From a bacterium (GTDB lineage: Bacteria; Patescibacteriota; JABMPQ01; JBDRIV01), in the NCBI GenBank assembly GCA_043815505.1, contig JBDRIV010000004.1:186051-250050 (forward strand): 64,000 nucleotides of DNA, read 5' to 3'. The position numbers were made by a program, and so were the translations under genes. Below are positions 59,201 to 64,000 of the stretch, piece by piece. Under the pieces are notes generated by a model. That model saw only the letters and a list, made by a program, of their open reading frames with translations, searched no databases and had not been told where the DNA came from. Positions within the stretch are counted from its first letter, which is position 1. Each line of letters begins with the position of its first letter.

Positions 59201-59805
59201 GGTATATTAAGATCGCCCTTATCTTCAAGTATTTTTATTTCTTCAATCAATTGATAAAAAAGATTTTCACCTAACACATCCTCTAATAGACTGGTATTAA
59301 CTTGTACTTCCGTATTGCTTGTATATATATGGTACTTACCCCTAGATTTTTTTTCAATATGAATTGGCATAGAAAACAATGGAAACCTATCAACTCGTTT
59401 ACTAAAATCTTCTGGTAAATCATCATCCGTATCGTTCGTATCGTCATTTTCTAAAACTGGTAACTCAATTTCAAAGAAACCAAAGTTTAAGACTATTTGT
59501 TTTATATACTCATTATTACGATACTTGCTATATATATCCTCAACTTTACTTGCAATACTCTTCTCCTTCTCATATTGTTCTGAGTCTTTTTCAGTTACTT
59601 GTTTTGGATCGAGTGAATAAAAAATATCTAATTTTAGTAATTCTTCTAAATGACCGTCTGTATCACCATTTAGAAGTCCTATAAGTGACACTTGCTCTTC
59701 CGAAATAGACACAAAGTTTTTTCTTTGAGATGCAAAATTTCTCTGACGAGCTAACTTAACGTAATCAAGACAGTATTTGATATAGTTTTCAAGATTGTCA
59801 TTCAT
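56239..59805 (-). CDS. SF1 (Upf1/Dna2-like) helicase with coiled-coil insert and C-terminal Vsr/DUF559-like nuclease
   Basis: QGPPGTGKS, ILDEAS, VGDSEQ, HYRS, IQGDEKD, NVAFSRAK; IDFV...AFECDG...H...D..RQ..LE..GW. Confidence 0.9.
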   Translation of the reverse strand: MNDNLENYIKYCLDYVKLARQRNFASQRKNFVSISEEQVSLIGLLNGDTDGHLEELLKLDIFYSLDPKQVTEKDSEQYEKEKSIASKVEDIYSKYRNNEYIKQIVLNFGFFEIELPVLENDDTNDTDDDLPEDFSKRVDRFPLFSMPIHIEKKSRGKYHIYTSNTEVQVNTSLLEDVLGENLFYQLIEEIKILEDKGDLNIPITDDKVFIDIWHKTKALLKTTEAIYDEKSFSLEEMQIALSSKSNYFLAEDLQNMINVDEKDLNETSLSSWTEDWDDEFDGFGDSVTDKEVYFPFPYDESQYRSLGLSKNKASIIQGPPGTGKSQTIANLICHYSATGKRVLFVSQKSQAVKVVKDKLKELNVAYLFGYIPNLSSAQVNEIDEKDGVANMLTSLAAHMENIGINTDIRKKLIEYNKNDLHDDSKKLINKESTELNKLKKLFNSVVEVQREIFSKSQKISDLESFIVPIRNVSKLTDTFDEKMWKEINNNRTLVNRIQEEREEYHTSSHKNKFDELFHNYDLTVKGFSVAIKSILSDVHKTGYDRNSNIIRAFNNLKRKVRLKRTREKLPKEIIDYIDEALNKESSRKSQEIELMELENYLVFCENKNKIKELKTVVKKSLETCGLSENSFKLFNSLVIEKSKRNFDSAKDNVIKVYKLEKQRRELEKSTRFNINDISKKIKNARKGKNDHIANYLQNIINNKLFEKWKIQKNRAIISKLAKAFRKSKRAFKTFDDLRKNPENFRTIVDLIPTWVMELDDASRLIPLDPNIFDIVILDEASECNIAYTLPSMFRGKKVIFVGDSEQMKDGTTRFKSNKFFDELAKKYNIPDELKIKATGDAVQSVLDISELRGTQMISLRYHYRSPRELIGFSNKYFYKPKNKGLVVVNDNYITYKNTNRIMTINQVEVDLSEEISDKINVSEAKAILKYFGEIRKEKRCSEMSVGILTFFNAQASYIREVFEEAGYKEEEDNYKISIIEGIQGDEKDIVLYSFVIKNKEDKRKYVPLTGEGGDIQGAINTGRVNVAFSRAKKQVHCFISMPISEIPGGIWIKRYLEYVNKNGEIGDLTNEKIKCTNKFEENVYDYLRSELGKDYSIRSQVNSCGYIIDFVIHNKSNGQKIAFECDGPTHFKDELDDELSIYVQNDLDRQERLEVAGWDFYRIKYSDWTNQRNDKGIIIKDIVSLLNT

Positions 59806-59929
59806 ATTATTCTAGCATTTAATATCCTTTTGATTCATACTCTAAAATTACCACCAATTCATATATTGATCAAATGAAAAACGGGTGGAGCTTTTTAGGC
59901 TTCACCCGTGTTGTTTGTTGTAGGTATTC

Positions 59930-61477
59930 TTATTGCACGCCCATCACGATACAAGCATCTGTGTCTGTATCACCAGAGGGCGGATAAGGAGGTTGGTTAT
60001 ATGGTGAAGGTGTAATGTCTTCACCAAAAAGTGTGAACACATTGTTCCCAAACACACTGCCGGATCTCGGAAGAGTTGCGCTGAAATGATACGAGAAGTT
60101 GTTGAAGCTAGTGAGGGTTTTCGTACCCTGCTTCCAATTATCAAAAACCGTACCATTTGCCAAATCTACTCGTATTTTGGCATATACTGTTCGAGGTGAA
60201 TCGAAGTGCTTGGTGAGCAATACGTAGAAATCAACATTGAAAGGAAGGACCCCAGCTGGAGGTAGGCATTCGAGATTTACGGAGATTCTTTCTGTGCCAG
60301 GATTGAAAGTATCGAATACATAAGCTGACCCTGCAACGTTTATACTGGCACTATCTCGGTGAGCTCCAACAAGTGCATTATATCCATCAAGTGCTACTGC
60401 GGAGCCAAACCAAGCATCTTCAGTGAAGTCCGAAGGGATAAGTTTGTTTTCTTCAGTCCATTCTGTTCCATTCCGCTTGAACACATAGGCATCTTCATAG
60501 TGAGTTCCAATGACGATATAATCACCGTCAATAGATAAACTCCAACCGAAACTATCCCAATCCTGTCTATCAGAAGCCATTAATTCGGCTTCTTCCGTCC
60601 AGACAATGCCGTTTCTGTGGTAGACATATGCTGAACCTTTATAGCCATCGGTGCCTGTTGCTCCGATAACGGCGTAGTCACCATTTATGGAAACGACGTG
60701 TCCAAAGTAGTCATACGTCAGTCCATTAGATGCAGTAAGTTTTGCTTCCTCTGTCCAAGTTGAGCCTTCTCTGTGAAAGATGTAGGCTGAACCTGTGTAG
60801 GAATCATCTGCAACAGCACCGATAACTGCATAATCACCACATATGAACACTGATTGTCCAAAATGGTCATTTGCCACTCCGTCGCTTGCAAGAAGTTTCG
60901 TGTCTTCAGTCCAATCGACTCCGTCAAAACGGAAGATATAGGCTGAGCCTGAATCACCTCCGTTATCGTCGTCAACATAAGCTCCTAATACTGCATACTC
61001 GCCATCAAAATCAACGGAATACCCCAAAGAATCACCAGCTTCTCCGTCAGATGCAAAGAGCTTGGTGTCTTCAGTCCAAGTTATTCCATCTCTTTTAAAA
61101 ACATAGACGGCACCCGCATTAGTAGCAACGTCATCGTCGCCGTGTGTACCTATAAGAATGATGTCTCCATAAATGCTTACAGATGATCCGAAAACATCAT
61201 TTGCCTCACCAAAATTTGGTATAAGTTTTTGTTGTTGAATCCACAATCCATCTTCACGATGGAATACGTAAACTGAACCACCGTCCTGACCAATGTCATC
61301 ATCGTATGTGGCGCCTACTACAGCGTAATCGCCATCAATGTCAACGGAATAACCAAAGTAGTCACCCTCTTGTGCATCAAGAGCAGCCAATTTGGCTGTT
61401 TCGGAGATTTGTCCGTGAGCTACACTACAGCTCACAAAAAAGACTGCTATAAAAACCAAGAGTGCTTTCTTAAACAT
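59930..61477 (-). CDS. secreted FG-GAP repeat beta-propeller protein
   Basis: signal peptide; 7 repeats of FGxSVxIxGDYAVxGA...GSAYVF. Confidence 0.9.
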   Translation of the reverse strand: MFKKALLVFIAVFFVSCSVAHGQISETAKLAALDAQEGDYFGYSVDIDGDYAVVGATYDDDIGQDGGSVYVFHREDGLWIQQQKLIPNFGEANDVFGSSVSIYGDIILIGTHGDDDVATNAGAVYVFKRDGITWTEDTKLFASDGEAGDSLGYSVDFDGEYAVLGAYVDDDNGGDSGSAYIFRFDGVDWTEDTKLLASDGVANDHFGQSVFICGDYAVIGAVADDSYTGSAYIFHREGSTWTEEAKLTASNGLTYDYFGHVVSINGDYAVIGATGTDGYKGSAYVYHRNGIVWTEEAELMASDRQDWDSFGWSLSIDGDYIVIGTHYEDAYVFKRNGTEWTEENKLIPSDFTEDAWFGSAVALDGYNALVGAHRDSASINVAGSAYVFDTFNPGTERISVNLECLPPAGVLPFNVDFYVLLTKHFDSPRTVYAKIRVDLANGTVFDNWKQGTKTLTSFNNFSYHFSATLPRSGSVFGNNVFTLFGEDITPSPYNQPPYPPSGDTDTDACIVMGVQ

Positions 61478-61922
61478 TTCAGGTCTCCTTTTCTTGTGTT
61501 TGCTTGAACTGGCGTTTCAATCAAATAAGCCCTTTTCTCCTTTCTGGATTTGGAGTTATGTCATTAACCAACCAATTGTAAAAGAGCGAATTACTTCAAA
61601 TCATAATACAACTAATCTAGTATCAAGTCAAAAAAACCGCCTATTATAACGGTTTTTGTTTACTCTTAAGATATAAATCATAAAAGTCTAACTTTGTGGC
61701 TTATCATAAATCAAAATAGTAGTTAAACTCAATTATTGTATAGTGCTACTAATTTATTAGTGTTTAAACTAGATGATTAGGGTTGATTTCGCGTGTTTAA
61801 ACACACAAAAAAATCAATTAATCTGATTCCCCATCTCACTCGGGGGAATTTTGATGAACTTGTAGTACAGGAGGTGCATGGGACCCATCCATATAAAACT
61901 CAACAAAAATGTAACTGAAAAT

Positions 61923-62741
61923 CTACCAATTAATACATTTATTATAGTAATCATCTTGTGCTTTGTCTGCATCTTTTCGAATTACTACAGCAGCTTTCTC
62001 TGGTATTCTAATTCTATCACGATCTCTCCAAGAAATTTTATCATTTACACAAAGTTGTATAAAACGCTCTTGACTACATTCATTTTCTAGTTCTTCTGTT
62101 GATTTATATAATTCAGGATAGTTTATGGGCATTTGCTCTTTAAAAGCAGCTAGTCTGTCTTCATATATACGATCTCCTGTTGCTTTTGCCTCATACTCAC
62201 AATTTGCAAATTTTAATGTCTGGTCCTCTTTTTCATTCGATTGTTCTGATACCTCATTATTAGTATCTGGTTTTACTTCTTTTTGAATAACGGCAGGGGC
62301 AGAATATGTTTGTGCTGAAACTTCTTTTTCTTCTTCAAATACACCTTTTAGAGTAAGAGTTTTTTCAACTACACTTTCATTGTATTCTGCAACAATTCTT
62401 ATATTGTTATCTCCATTTTCAAGTTCCAAAACCATTCCAAAATCACCACTTTCTGACACTCCTGACTGACTACCATTTATCTTCACAGTTGCGCTAGGTA
62501 TTGAAACGTTTCCTTTAATTTCAAATTCCTTTGTATGAATTTCGTCATAATCATTGGCATTTGATATCTCAAGTTTTAGCTCTTCAGTTTCATTATTCTC
62601 TCCATCAGCTTTTTCATTTTGTAAGCTATTTATGACAGAACCTTCTGTACTATTATCACTAAATTCGTTCCAACCATATACTGAAACTAAGGCAACCAAT
62701 ACTACTACGCCTACAATTATAGATATTGCTTTTTTGTTCAT
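61923..62741 (-). CDS. N-anchored protein with an Ig-like domain
   Basis: IKGNV...VKING...LENGDNNIRIVA. Confidence 0.7.
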   Translation of the reverse strand: MNKKAISIIVGVVVLVALVSVYGWNEFSDNSTEGSVINSLQNEKADGENNETEELKLEISNANDYDEIHTKEFEIKGNVSIPSATVKINGSQSGVSESGDFGMVLELENGDNNIRIVAEYNESVVEKTLTLKGVFEEEKEVSAQTYSAPAVIQKEVKPDTNNEVSEQSNEKEDQTLKFANCEYEAKATGDRIYEDRLAAFKEQMPINYPELYKSTEELENECSQERFIQLCVNDKISWRDRDRIRIPEKAAVVIRKDADKAQDDYYNKCINW

Positions 62742-62808
62742 TTTTTCGATTTATTAATTAACGTTTTACTATACTTTAGAATGCATTATTTTGCAACTAG
62801 TCACCAAT

Positions 62809-63324
62809 TTAGTAATTACGTTGTTCCCAATAATCAAAATCAATAGTATATGAATCGTCATTATCACAGTTTGGGTCCATATTAAGCAATCCTCTATAAT
62901 TATCATCATTCTCATTTACATATGCATATATAAATATTTTAGCACTTAAACTTTTTTTCTTGTCATAAACATCTTTGAGAACGGCCTCTATCTGTTTTTG
63001 AGTAGCACTTTCACTTACTATTAATCTGTATTCTATTCTTTTACATCCAACATATGATAAATCTGATTCACTATAAATATTATATTCTATTAGATTGTCA
63101 TCAATTGTATTATTATCGTCTTCTATTCCATTGATATTCTCATCATTCAGTTCAGTTTCAGTAATTGCTTTATTTTTAGTAGAAATATTTTCCGTATTTT
63201 GTTCACTATTTATATTTTCATTAGCTTCTTTACTTTTTTCATAATTATTTGATGCTACAATCCAATATATCATCCCTGAAATAATAATTATAAATATTAC
63301 TATTGTTATTATTACTTTTTTCAT
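62809..63324 (-). CDS. N-anchored hypothetical protein
   Basis: 171 aa, TM N-terminus. Confidence 0.65.
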   Translation of the reverse strand: MKKVIITIVIFIIIISGMIYWIVASNNYEKSKEANENINSEQNTENISTKNKAITETELNDENINGIEDDNNTIDDNLIEYNIYSESDLSYVGCKRIEYRLIVSESATQKQIEAVLKDVYDKKKSLSAKIFIYAYVNENDDNYRGLLNMDPNCDNDDSYTIDFDYWEQRNY

Positions 63325-63333
63325 AGTATTGAA

Positions 63334-64000
63334 TTAATTACATAAAGTTTCACAGGGTATACCGTCTTTATCATTATCTCTTATGCTACATCCACAAGTA
63401 TTGAGCTGATAATAGGCCTCATCACAAGATGTAATCTGAGTACAGGTTCTTGAACAGTCGCACGTGTATGTTGTTGTTGCTGGAGGAACAACTGGAATTG
63501 CCTTATCTTCTTGTGTTGTTTCATCAACCTTATCTTGAACAGGTGGAGTTGAAATTGGTTCAGGTTCGATAAGTTCTGTAGACCCATTACATGTATCTTC
63601 CGCCCACAAACCAATCTTAGACTCCCTGGCCTGCTTTTCGTATTCTTTGTATTTATCAGTCATCGATACAGGATATTTCAAATAAGCATAAGCATAACCT
63701 TGCTTAATCATTTCAGCTCCAATATCAGTATTATTAAGATAAACATATCTGAGCAATCTTCCATATCTGTCTTTGTCGCCTTGTGACAAATCAACTAACA
63801 AGATTACTTTTTTTCCATTCACATATTCAGTCATTTTCTTTGATGCTTCTTCTCCAAAACATTGAACTGGTTTTCTAGGGTCTTTAGTTTCTGGTGTGTC
63901 AATTCCAAGTATTCTGACTTTGTTGCCGTCCGAAAGTTTAATTGTGTCTCCATCAATTACTTCTGAAACAATTGCTTCAGAGCCCACAGGATTGATTATG
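63334..64000 (-). CDS. thermonuclease (SNase) with C-terminal excalibur Ca-binding domain; probably 5'-truncated by the window
   Basis: VIDGDT, RILGIDTPE, DRYGRLLRYV; DNDKDGIPCE. Confidence 0.92.
   Translation of the reverse strand, partial: IINPVGSEAIVSEVIDGDTIKLSDGNKVRILGIDTPETKDPRKPVQCFGEEASKKMTEYVNGKKVILLVDLSQGDKDRYGRLLRYVYLNNTDIGAEMIKQGYAYAYLKYPVSMTDKYKEYEKQARESKIGLWAEDTCNGSTELIEPEPISTPPVQDKVDETTQEDKAIPVVPPATTTYTCDCSRTCTQITSCDEAYYQLNTCGCSIRDNDKDGIPCETLCN

Overview
AT-rich bacterial DNA in standard code 11, with genes mostly on the minus strand. The gene content suggests a Patescibacteria/CPR genome (inference): many N-anchored secreted proteins, FFAYD/GVNVAAGD surface repeats and few Shine-Dalgarno sites. 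No rRNA, tRNA, CRISPR array, transposase or integrase was seen. Recognisable genes include three ABC-2 exporter pairs, a B12-binding radical SAM enzyme, typA, a DEAD-box helicase, heliorhodopsin, an AbrB-type regulator, a 3013-aa surface protein with a sialate O-acetylesterase domain, an SF1 helicase-nuclease and a thermonuclease. The main unexplained structure is at about 46.6-56.2 kb. There, about a dozen unrelated one- or two-gene cargo units are separated by a modular repeat: hairpin A (terminator fused to an extended -10 promoter), optional hairpin B, and module C. Its left and right halves are joined in different combinations at a CTC core, and the right halves encode orphan L-x3-D-x2-R-T peptide tails. 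This looks like a non-attC, integron-like cassette array built by a site-specific recombinase that is not in this window. Other points of interest are a REP-like repeat inserted in frame in typA and a surface-protein family with a constant N-terminus and swapped C-terminal enzyme domains.
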